Shown piece after piece: positions 14,905-27,780 of a DNA stretch of 64,000 nt. Numbering within the stretch: position 1 is the stretch's first letter; the number at the start of each line of letters is the position of its first letter. Source of the stretch: Octopus vulgaris (taxonomy: Eukaryota); the NCBI GenBank assembly GCA_951406725.2, contig OX597833.1:7068001-7132000 (forward strand), written 5' to 3'. The notes beneath the pieces were generated by a model, which saw only the letters and a program-made list of their open reading frames with translations, was not told the origin of the DNA and did no database searches. A program made the translations under genes and the position numbers.

Positions 14905-15230
14905 GCCTGTCTGGCCCCCGTGTTGGTGGCACGTAAAAGCACCATCCGTTCGTGTCCGTTGCCAGCCTCGCCTGGCCCCGTGCCGGTGACACGTAAAAGC
15001 ACCATCCGTTCGTGGCCGTTTGCCAGCTCTGTCTGGCACCTGTGCGGGTGGCACGTAAAAAGCACCCACTACACTCACGGAGTGGTTGGCGTTAGGAAGG
15101 GCATCCAGCCGTAGAAACACTGCCAGATCAGACTGGGCCTGATGAAGCCTTCTGGCTTCACAGACCCCAGTTGAACCGTCCAACCCATGCCAGCATGGAA
15201 AGCAGACGTTAAATGATGATGATGATGATA
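14905..15230 (+). mobile_element. Family E retroposon 3' portion
   Basis: GGTTGGCGTTAGGAAGGGCATCCAGCCGTAGAAA motif, internal ~60-bp direct repeats, (TGA)n tail. Confidence 0.75.
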
Positions 15231-15528
15231 TATATATATATATATATGCATGCATTTATGTATGTATGTATATGTATAGACAAATATACACACCCAGATA
15301 TATATGGCTATATAAAAATATATATATAGAGAGAGAGAGAGAGGGCAAGAGAAACTGAGATATATATCCCCATTACCCCCCCCCCCCTCCTCCACTGCCA
15401 TCGTCGTCAAATGTCCACGTCCACATGCGCCGAGACATGTTTCCATCAATTTTCCCACCAGCAGCACCACCACCAACAGCAGCAGCAGCTGCTAGGGTGT
15501 AACAACACATAATAAGGAACATAAAGAA

Positions 15529-15629
15529 TGTGTGTGTGTGTGTACATCTGTGTCTTGTGAGAAAATCCGAGAGAATATTTCTCGAGAAAAGTTCTTGGGA
15601 ACCAAATTGATGTTGAAGTAAAAGGAGAG

Positions 15630-15664
<35 letters not shown>

Positions 15665-15707
15665 TATATATATATACATATACATATACATATACATATA
15701 TATATAT

Positions 15708-15749
<42 letters not shown>

Positions 15750-16010
15750 ATACATATACATATACATTACATACATACATATGCATACATATATATATAT
15801 ATGCATACATATACATATATATATATACAAATATATACATATATATACACACATATATGCGTATGTGTATGTTTGGGTATGTATTTACGTATGCATGTAT
15901 ATACATATACATACAGATACATATATATATGCATGTATATATAAATGTTTATGTATATGTGTGTGTATATATAATATATATATATATATAAATGTTTATG
16001 TATATGTGTG

Positions 16011-16063
<53 letters not shown>

Positions 16064-16237
16064 TTTGTATTTATACATCTTTGCCAACCTGCCTGTATGT
16101 CTGCATATATATATATGCATGTATATACACACCTCTTTTTTCTTCTACATAAATTTGGTTCCCAAGAACTTTTCTCAAGAATTATTCTCTCGGATTTTCT
16201 CACAAGACACAGATGTACACACACACACACACACACA
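15529..16237. repeat. Inverted repeat with ~105-bp arms around a ~490-bp TA-rich tract
   Basis: GTACATCTGTGTCTTGTGAGAAAATCCGAGAGAAT...GGGAACCAAATT is mirrored at 16123-16237. Confidence 0.9.
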
Positions 16238-16782
16238 TCTAGTACACATAGTGCATGTCTTCACTTCTATATGTACACATACATATCTATACACAACATA
16301 CACACACACACACACACATTTAAATATACATACATACATGTATATATTTATATACACGCATTATAAGCAGCGAAGCTCAACACACGCACAGCAACCTGTT
16401 GATTCTAAACTGATGACACATGTACCCTGGTGGTTGTGGTAGACCGGGGGGTGGGGGTGGATGAAGATGGCGGGGTGTGGATATAGGGTGGAGGTCGAGG
16501 GAAGCGGGTGAGTGGGAGCGGGGTGGGATGAGAATGGTGAAAAAGGAGAACTTAAGATTTCAGACCAAACCGATGTGAGTAAATCATGTTTGATGTTTGT
16601 GTCACTGTATGCGTGTGTGTATGTGAGGGTGTGGGTGTTTTACGAAGTGGGGGTGGGTCGACGAGGGAGAAATACATCTTCTCACGGAATCTTTCTACTC
16701 AATTGCAAACCATCTCCCACAGCCGATATCACCGTCTATAACAACAACAGCCACTATTACCACCACTACTACTACTACTACT

Positions 16783-16820
<38 letters not shown>

Positions 16821-17758
16821 CAGCCAAGAATATTTACCACTGCTATCACAATCACAAATACAAGTCTGTATGTATGCACACACACACACACATATATATG
16901 TAAATATATATACACATATATATGTATATATATACAGAGAGAGAGAGAGAGAAAGAAACAGCTATATACATATATATGTATAGCTGTTTCTCTTTCTCTC
17001 TCTCCCTCTCTGTATAAGTGTATATGTCTTTCTGTATGTGTGTGTGTGTGGGTGTATGTGCGTATTTTTGGATGTCTGTGTGTGTGCATATGTATGTTTA
17101 TGTCTGCACTGGTCACACATTATGGAATGACCCGGTGGCATGTGGTCATCGTATTTTATCCACTATGTGGTCAAGTTAACATACCGCCCCCTCCCACCAC
17201 CACTACGACATCCATTCATCCTCCGAACCTACCTTTTTAACTGTTTCTACCCACGACCTTTTCACCCTCACCACCACCACCACTCCCCTCCCCGCATTCA
17301 ACCACCTCACACCCTTGTCTCACACCCGAAAAACACTGCTGCAACCCCCTTCACCCCCACCGCCACCCACTAACAACTCTATTTTGTTCAGTTCCCACGC
17401 CACCCAGTTTTGCCCTTCTACGCGCCATATGTCTTGTGTTCTTACAAGTGGCAGAGGTTCAAAGAAGCGGGGAAGAGGAGCAGAGAGAGAGAGAGAGAGA
17501 GGAAGAGAGAGAGAGAAAGACAGGGAGAGAGAGAGGTGGGAAAGAGTTTGTTCATGTCTAAATGGGACAAGATTTCTGTAAAATAAACATGGATTACTTT
17601 CCATGTACTACATGTTAAGCAATGTTTAATAAATCTGATATTACTGGTATATGAACCCCATGGTAATTACTGGTATCTATTTACCCCTTCCCCATCTCTC
17701 TCTCTCTGTATATATACATATATATATGTATATATATTGTACATATTCATATGTATAC

Positions 17759-17789
<31 letters not shown>

Positions 17790-17819
17790 CAGATGTATAT
17801 GTACAATATACATACATAC

Positions 17820-17860
<41 letters not shown>

Positions 17861-18010
17861 AAACAATGACACAGATGTGTTGAGGTCCACTACAGCTGTT
17901 TCAGGCATGTTCTTTATTTATGAACAAAAATATTACATCAGGTAAAAAAAAAAAAGAGGAACCGTTTCCTTCAGTTCATATTAAAGTATTGTCATATTAT
18001 GCTTTGGTTT

Positions 18011-18180
18011 AAGGCCGTGAGCTACAGAATCCTTATGAGGCCGGACGAAGGGCTTAGCGGCATTTTGCCCACTGAGGATGACTCTGCCTTCCTTTCGGTC
18101 GCGATAAAATAAGTAGCAGTTGAGTACTAGAGTCGACGAAATCAACTAGCCCCCTCTTGTGCCTATAATAGAAAGGATAT
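18011..18180 (+). mobile_element. SINE family B, highly diverged, just upstream of the scratch acceptor
   Basis: Degenerate head and GATAAAATAAGTAGCAGTTGAGTACT..GTCGAC motif. Confidence 0.6.
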
Positions 18181-18240
18181 TTTGAATTAGTCTGTTATAG
18201 ATAATACTTTAAATATGTTTCCTCATCTCCAAATAATAAT

Positions 18241-18271
18241 TTTCTTTTTTTTTCCATTCTGTCTTTTGTAG
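18241..18271 (+). promoter_or_regulatory. 3' splice acceptor of the scratch zinc-finger exon
   Basis: tttctttttttttccattctgtcttttgtAG directly precedes an open frame continuous with the zinc-finger ORF. Confidence 0.85.
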
Positions 18272-19050
18272 AATATGAACTCACGAAAAGCTCTTCAGAC
18301 GAAACGGACAGTGATAGTGGGTGTTCCATTCCTACTACAGACAGCAGGAGTGAACTCACACTCTCCGACAACGAATACAGTTCTTTGGAATGCAAAGAGC
18401 ACACATCATTCCTATTTGACTTGATGGGTCACAGCCCTCAATCAAAACCTTCGTGTGACAGCAACGATTGGTCTGAGCGTTACTTCCAAACGCTTCAGCC
18501 CGCTGTAGCAGAATATTCCATAAACCGAACAGAATTGGAGACAGAACCAAGATCGCCTCCACTCACAACATTTGAACTCGATGCGACACGGATTAGCTCC
18601 CTAAGCGACACCCATATTTGCATCGACTGTGGTAAGCGTTATAGCACTTCGAGTAACCTGGCACGCCATCGCCAAACGCACCGAAGCGTCAGCGACAAGA
18701 AAGCACGGAAATGTCCTCACTGTGAAAAAGTATACGTCTCCATGCCAGCGTACAGCATGCACGTGCGCACGCATACGCAGGGTTGCGCATGCCCGTACTG
18801 TGGGAAGCGGTTCAGCCGACCGTGGTTGTTACAAGGACATATCCGAACACACACCGGGGAGAAACCGTTTTCCTGTCCCAAGTGCGGAAAAGCCTTTGCC
18901 GATAAGTCCAACTTGAGAGCCCACATCCAGACACATTCGACGGAGAAGCCATACGTCTGTGGCCGATGTGGCAAAGCTTTCGCTCTCAAGAGTTATTTAT
19001 ACAAACACGAGGAATCTTCGTGTATGCGGGGACAGAGATATCGACATTGA
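18272..19050 (+). CDS. scrt: Terminal coding exon of a Scratch-family C2H2 zinc-finger transcription factor, probably the Scratch-B/Kahuli-like subgroup; N-terminus lies in an upstream exon not found
   Basis: Polypyrimidine tract plus AG at 18241-18271 (phase 1). Open frame [16 protein letters not shown]... runs to TGA at 19048-19050. Five fingers: [84 protein letters not shown], and a final C2HC finger [32 protein letters not shown] is the Snail-superfamily signature; TSSNL and ALKSYL are Scratch-type. Confidence 0.95.
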
Positions 19051-19630
19051 TTTCAAACATCAAGCATAAAATAAAATAAATAAAACAAAACAAAAAAAAT
19101 ATTTAAAAAACAACAAAGAACTGTAATAACAACAACAGCAGGAACAACATCAGCATCGTCATCAACAACAACAACAACAACAATAATTTATAAAGAAAAA
19201 TAACAAGTCAGAAGTTGTATCGTGTCCAGAAAAAAGAAGAGAAAACGAAAGAAGTCTCACACACACACACACACACACATTAGTATTTCTGCCATTAAAC
19301 GATAATTTCGTATATAATAAAAGAAGTTATTTTGCAGAATGAAACTTCACTAACAAGAACATCAGCAATAAAACCCAACAACAACAACAAAACGTCCGTC
19401 CATAACTGTGCCAAATCTTCCTTAAAAAGTTTTTTACAATGGGAGCATTCTAGACTCCTGGCCAATCTCCATCACAGAAACAGCTGTTACAGTAGTAGTA
19501 TAGTAGCAGTTGCTGTTGTTGTTGTTATCATTATTATTATTGTCATTATTATTATTACTATTATCACTTTCATCATTGCCTTTTCTTTACTATCCATATT
19601 ATTATTATTATTATTATTATTATCATTATT

Positions 19631-19663
<33 letters not shown>

Positions 19664-19939
19664 TGATTAAGGTGTTGCTTTTGTTCTTGACCCTTTAAGC
19701 AACATCAACAACAACATAAAGAACAATAGCAACAAGAATAAGAACATTAATAACAATCTTTATTCTTTATTTTTATTCAACATAAGCAACAACTACTACA
19801 ACAACAACAGCAACATGACAAAACAGACCAACGAGAACACTCCAAATACAGCCAAGTTATCGAGGAAACAAGGAGGAAAAAGGAATCTCCATCTTTGCCA
19901 AAAGGAGGAATTCCGTTCCACCAGACCATTCGCACCATT

Positions 19940-20610
19940 CACATGCGAAATTCCGTCCGCCCATATACTAACTGTCAAATTCCGTCCATCAAGCTGCTAA
20001 CAGTCAAATGCTGTCCATCCAACAATTAACTGTCAAGTTCCGTCCACCCATATATTAACTGTCAAATTGCGTCCATCAAACTTCCAACAGTCAAATTTTG
20101 TCCATTGAACAATTAACGATCAAATTCTGTCCACCCATATATTAACCGCCAAATTTTGTCCATCAACATAAAGAACTAATTCCATCCATCAATCTACTTA
20201 GAGCCAGATTCTGTCCATCGAACAATTAACTGTCAAATTTTGTCCATCCATATATTTACCGTCAAATTCTTTTAATCCACAGAGCAACTTTTAAATTATG
20301 TCCACCCAACATGCCTTAAATGTAAAAATTTGTGTCTATTTATACATCTATTTACAGCCAAATTTTGCTAAATCATCCATGTATGAACTCTTAAATTCTG
20401 TCCATCCTTATTGTTTACTGTCAAATTCCATCCATCCATACATTTTACTGTCAAATTCCACCCGTTCGTGAATTTTACTGTCAAATTCTGTCCATTCATA
20501 TTTTTTACTGTCTAATTCTGTCCATCCATATATTTTGCTGTCAAATTCCACCCATTCATACACAACTGTTGAATTCCAAGTGCCCATATGTTAATTATCA
20601 AATGTCCAAC
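19940..20610 (+). repeat. Minisatellite of about 20 degenerate 29-30 bp units, consensus ~ACTGTCAAATTCYGTCCAYCCATATATTA
   Basis: Units start at 19971, 20000, 20029, 20058, 20087, 20116, 20145 (29-bp period) and at 20417, 20447, 20477, 20507, 20537 (30-bp period). Confidence 0.9.
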
Positions 20611-20760
20611 TATGAAAGGTTCTATCTATTTATCCATCCATAAGCTTGACTTTGTTTTAATTTATATAATTGTTTTTCTGTTAGTTTATCTGCCTCTCCT
20701 TTTCTCTCAAACTTTCACTTAAATTCTTTCTATTTGTCTTCTTTTGTGTCTGTCCACTGC

Positions 20761-20791
<31 letters not shown>

Positions 20792-21989
20792 GACCAATCT
20801 GATTACAGAGTTTGACTGTTTAAATGGATATTTTCACTCCATACGTGACAATGTTGACATGGAAAAAAGATCAGGAATGAGTGTGGAAACTTTGACCAAG
20901 CATTTTACTAAAAGACCAGATCATGACATATGGTTCCATATAGAGAGTGACGAAACTAAAATTATTATTCCTCCACTAAGTATACAATCGTATATCACAT
21001 CTGATTTGTTGATCAGTGCATCCATTATCGATTTAATAACCAATCATATATATAAATAGGGAGAGAGACCAACAATATAATGTTTAATGGTGACATCGTA
21101 CAGTAAGACGAAATAATTACTGTGACATTACAAGTTGACCTATTGACTAAATTTACAGTCATTTTGGACTATGTTTGCATGACGGGCAGTGACGGCTTCT
21201 TTGTCATTAGATCTGTTACTCAATTCATTTGACAGTGTCTGAGAACATTTTGGAGATATCTGACAGAAAATATGGCTTGTCTTATTATATAATTGACATA
21301 TGTTTGACATCTTTGACATTTTTGAATATTTGTCGTGCATGTTTGACAAAAAGAAATTTTTTTATGTTTGACACTAGTTGACGTCGTTTGATTTGCTATT
21401 TACATATATTGAAACAAGGAATTAGATACCACACTAATTCAATATATTGGCAATCAAATCTTGGGGACACAAACATCGCTGATTTTAGAAATAAAAACAG
21501 AGATAGAAATCTGTATTAAACTTGGGAGTTAAAGCAATTAACCAATGTTAATCCCCAAAACCTAATACAGTAATACACACTAAACAAGCAATAGGTATAA
21601 ATGCATACATTTATGCATGTATATATATAATATAAACTCATTAGTGATTTAGTTAATCTCTTTTCAAAAAATGTATTGCTTCCAAGCTAGTTTTACCAAT
21701 AAGCCCACGTCGTTGTTACACTTGGCTTTGACATATTTCTGCTGTTGAGTGTGTCAATGTGCTAGTATATATATAAGATAGACAAACGTAGAAGGAGGGA
21801 CAGAACACACTGACGGTTGACATTGACACAGTTGAAGTTCAGTTTCCTTTTCTTGTGGACATTATTCTTAATATTGACGTTGCTGTTGATTGACTGCTGT
21901 TGGAGTCAGTGCTTTGTCAATTCCTGTTATCTTTGTCAAAGTTCAATATTATATTTTAATAAACAAAACATGTTTTTGTATTATTTTTA

Positions 21990-22047
<58 letters not shown>

Positions 22048-22293
22048 TTCATCATAAGAGCATGTTCATTTTTTTTTACTGGAATTTTGACTTCCTTATA
22101 TTTACGGTTCCTTTTTTTGGTTGTATGGACCAAGATAACTTTCTGTCCACTTATATACATACATATATATTTTTTTTCAACTTATTTTTTTTATACTTTT
22201 GCTAGAATATTTAAAATAAGAAAAAAAAAATTCTCTCTATCTCTCTCTCTCTTTATATTTCTTTTTCTATTTTTTAAATTTGTTTACATATGT

Positions 22294-22328
<35 letters not shown>

Positions 22329-22445
22329 AACAACTTATTCTTGAATAATTATTTTTTATTTACATATATTAATTTTTATACCAAATTTTTCTTTTTTTTA
22401 TTTGTATTTAAATTTTAAAAATTACATATTTCCATCTGTAGAAGG

Positions 22446-22502
<57 letters not shown>

Positions 22503-22559
22503 CACATACATATATATACATTTATAGTTATGCATATGCATGTATATATATATATATAT

Positions 22560-22948
<389 letters not shown>

Positions 22949-23322
22949 TATATGTATGTATGTGTGTGTGTGAGCATGTGTGTGTGAAAGTGTCATTGAC
23001 CACAGGGAAATATGCCTTTTTTTATATTCTTTGTGGAGTGTTTTTTCAAAAATCTAGTCAGAATGTGAGGCGTTTTTGGTGTTTTTCATTATTATTAGTT
23101 CTTTTTGTTTTTAATAATCCATTTCTACATCCTCTAAATTATGTGCATCATTTGTCTTCTAATTATTTCAAAACACATATGTATGTGTGTATCTATCTTT
23201 CTCTAATTACACATGTATAATTGTACATATATATATATGCATATATATATGTATACATATACATACATACATACATGCATACATACATACCTACCTACCT
23301 ACATACATACATACATATATAC

Positions 23323-23401
<79 letters not shown>

Positions 23402-24371
23402 GATGTCTGCACTCCACCACTCCAAAAATTCAATTCAAATTTCCACCAAAAAATATAAAAAATAATAAAACAGAATGAATGAGAGAATGAAAAAATAAAT
23501 TAACAAATAATTAAATTAATTAATTAACTAATACAAATATTAATTAATATTTGAAAACAATTCATCCTAAATACATTCGATATTTGTGAAATAATCTGAA
23601 ACCATGGTCACCACCATAAAATACCATTAGCATAAATAATTTAAAGATATTAAATTAACTAACTTATTTAATTATTAATTTAAACAAAATCATAATGAGT
23701 GTAGCCGGCACAAATCATTGTATTAATTTTTTTATCGTTATATTAAATTAATTTGCATTTTTGTTTCCTGTTTTGTTTGGGTTTTTTTCTTTGTATCTTT
23801 TGAACCTATCAGTCGAGTTAATTAAGAATACGGAACTTGATTGCTTAAAACGTCTGATTAGGTAACTCTGGTACTCTGAGTACAACAAAGTATTCAGGGA
23901 TCAAAGTCCTATTAGAGCCAGTACCGACTAGCACTTTTTCCTGTCTAGGGTTCAACAATATATATGTGTCCGTATAAATGCATACACGCATATATCAATG
24001 TATATATACATGCCTATATATTAGTGTCTGTCTGTCTGTATGCCTATCTGTATGCATGCCTATCAGTACGTATGCATATATGTATGTATGCCTATCTGTA
24101 TGTATGTATCTATGCATATCTGTATGTATGTATGCCTATCTGTATGTATGTATGTATGTATGTAGCACAATATAAACTGCTCAATATATTCTTGTGTTGG
24201 AATTTTACAGTTCAGTATTTGTTTTTTTTATATTAAAATAAACTGTTTTTATACCTAAAGGTTTTGAGCAATCAGTATTATGATCACCCATACTTTTCAG
24301 CGAATTAGAAAGTAACAGAAAAAAATATACACATATACGTGTGTGTATTTGTGCATATGTATACTTACCTA

Positions 24372-24410
<39 letters not shown>

Positions 24411-24442
24411 ATATATATATATATGTGTGTTTGTGTGTGTAT

Positions 24443-24590
24443 AGGGTAAATTCACAAAAAAAACAAAAGACGAAGACAGGTGGTGTAGACAATAAACAGA
24501 TGTATTAGTATAACGCTCGGGAAGTGAAAAAGTCTTTAACATTTTGAGCCTACGCTCTTCTACAGAAAGGAACAAGGAGAGAAAATAAAG
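24443..24590 (-). mobile_element. Second copy of the 49880-50040 repeat
   Basis: AAAAGACGAAGACAGGTGGTGTA...GCCTACGCTCTTCTACAGAAAGG is the reverse complement of 49910-50030. Confidence 0.65.
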
Positions 24591-27018
24591 AATGTATATA
24601 TGTGTGTGCATGGAATTCTGAAAGTTTGTTCAATGCTTTTATCAATGTAGGTTATATCACTGCTCTAACTTATTTAATATGCCAGAGGTTCTTTATGGAG
24701 ATACGGTAATAACTTGCCGTAATTTTTTGCTGGCTGAAAAAGTCTTATACCAGACAACTATTTGTATAGTCAGATAATGAAGATTCGTTGAAACAGCTGT
24801 AAGGAACGAGTTTTTGAAATATCAATGACATTGCTTGTCTTCTATTTGGTAAATGTATATATACATATGTGTGTGTGTGTGTGCACTGAGTATGGTTGCC
24901 TGTGTATTTGTATTTATATATATAACATATGTATGTATGTTTATATATATACCGTTCCCTTGACAAAAGATTGCTATGCACCTAGTCAAAAAGAATTAAA
25001 AAGACGTAATCAGTTCCGTATTATTCTTTAATCAAGATCACTCGACGCCATTTTTTTGTTTTTGTTATTTGTTGTTCACATTTTCCACCTTGAAAACTCT
25101 TTCTCTTAATTCTCAAAGTTTCAAATCTTTTTTCCCGTTATTCTTCCACATTGTTGAGTCTTTTTTTTTCTTTTTTGCAATCTACCACTAAGGGTCAATA
25201 AATTTCCCTGACCCTTTTCAACAGCCCCCCCAACCACCACCACCACCGCTCTCACACATATTGACCACAACCTATTGTAAAGCGGTCTCTGTCTTTTTTC
25301 ATTTTATTATTTTTTGGTTTGTATTGCTATTTTTTTTTACATATATGTTTGCCGTGGTTTTTCCTAAATTGCCAAACCTGCTGTGAAAGATTGCAGTGTA
25401 AAAGACAAAAAAAATAATAATAATCAAATACATTAGTCAACGATTTGTTTTTCCCGCATTATTATTATTATCATTATTATTATCATTATTATTATTATCA
25501 TCATTATTATTATTATCATCATTATTATTATCATCATTATTATTATTAACATTATTATTATTATTATCATCATTATTATTATTAACATTATTATTATTAT
25601 TAACATTACAATTATAGTTAACATTACTATTACAATCATCATAACAAGGCGGGAGGTTGGCAGATACGTTAGAAAGTTGGATTATTTTTTTTTTCCCTAA
25701 CTTCTACGTTCTGAGTTCAAATCCCCCCGAGTTCATCCTCGTAAAGACCTTCTTCCCATGGAAATTAATGAAAACATTATTATAATTATCATTGTTTGAA
25801 TACATTTTCTCCCTAAAACCCAACTTCATCTCCGCCAATGATCCGTTTCATCTACCTATCCATCATTCTGTCTCTCTATCCTTTTCTTCAAACATCTTCC
25901 TCCATATCTATTTATAAATGTGTCTGTCTGTCTATCACAATTTCCTTCTTTTTTCCTTCATTTCTTCTTCTTCTCCTCCTTCTTACTTTCTCTCAACCAT
26001 TTCTTTTCCTTCCGTCTATATATATACATAATTATATGCATACAAATATACATAAAAGCACACACAACATACATGAACACATACATACAAAATATCTATA
26101 CATAGACTCACATAACTCCAGCAAGCATATATATATATATACACACACAAAAGATATTCATGAATATATACAAGCATACTTATTCGCACACATAAATACA
26201 TGCACATAAGGATACTCCATACATAAATATAAGCAAACACACAGATCTATACATATACACCTCCAAATATATATATACATACATACACATATATGCATAC
26301 ATGCTGATTAATTTAATTAAAATATAGTAATTAACTCAATTACTATAAATATATATATACGTGTGCCGAACCAAAACAAATAAATTTTTGGTCTAATATA
26401 AAAAAGAAATCTTGGTGAAAAATGTCCCCTACAATAATCCTTCCCCAAAAAACATTTGCTTTGCTTTTTCTGTCTGTTTGTTGGTTTTTAAGTTTAAATT
26501 TTGCAACCCCACCACTACCACCACCACCATCATCTCCGCCATCACCATCACCATAATCACGAACAAGAAATATTCCATTATCGCCATTTATGCTATTGGT
26601 AGCTTCTTGGCTCAAGTGTATTTTCAAATGTTATGTAATTTATTTCTCTATTTAAGCTTAAGACTGTAAGTTTTCTATGCCCAAAAAAATTGTGGTTATA
26701 TATATTTATATACATACAAATATATATGTATACACATACATATATATATTATCATTATTTTTGTTTTGTTTTTTTTTTTTCATTTTTTTAATCTTGTTTT
26801 CTGCCTGAATGTGAATGACTTAGTGTTATTTTTTTTTCCACATCTCTATTGAAAGAAGAGCGAACAAAGGGAATATATAATCTAAAAATATATATTTATA
26901 TTAATAATAATAAAAAAAACTGAAAGTATGAACACAAATAAAAATTTTTAAAAATAAACTTTTATATCTTCCCATATTAATGTATAAATATTACTTGTTT
27001 TGCATATGTATCTATTTG

Positions 27019-27053
<35 letters not shown>

Positions 27054-27065
27054 GAATACACACAC

Positions 27066-27106
<41 letters not shown>

Positions 27107-27144
27107 CATACATATATATAAATATTATATATATATATACATAC

Positions 27145-27178
<34 letters not shown>

Positions 27179-27702
27179 ATATATACATACATACATATAT
27201 ATATATTCGTATATATATATATATGCTCACACACACACATAATATATGTATATAAGTTAATTTGTGTGTGCATTACAATGAGAAATATATGTGCATGTAT
27301 GCATATATGCATTTGTATTTTTTAATCCATTGAAAGTTTAAAAAGACCAAAAAAAGGTAAAAAATAATCTATATACATATATATGCCTGCGCACATATAC
27401 ACGCACACAAATACTCACTCACATGCACTGGCTAAATGCAATGATTTGAAAGTTTCATCTCGGAGTGAGAGAAAAGACACAAAAGAAACTTGACGCTTAT
27501 TGAATCCTTTTTCCTGTGATTACCGAACTAAAACTTAATATGCAATTCTAAGCTTTAAACCTATCTCAAAACTAATATTTCATGTCTTCCACGAACCCTC
27601 TCTCACGTATGTACATATATATATAATATTAGGGAGTATAACTCCAAACTTACAGGGAAAAATTCAATTTAGTATTAAATCAAATTTCACAGTATAAATA
27701 TA

Positions 27703-27780
27703 TAAAATATGAATTAGAGATAAAACCTCTATCACTGTTTGAGTTGCATAATAGTGGTTTTATCTCTAATTCATATTTTA
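27703..27780. repeat. Hairpin with 30-bp arms and an 18-bp loop
   Basis: TAAAATATGAATTAGAGATAAAACC.CTAT / ATAG.GGTTTTATCTCTAATTCATATTTTA; related to the repeat at the window end (63965-64000). Confidence 0.88.

Noticed and set aside
19940-20610. CRISPR-like look (conserved ~19 bp plus variable ~10 bp)
   Set aside because: Eukaryotic context, no cas genes, and the variable parts are too short and related to one another; it is a minisatellite
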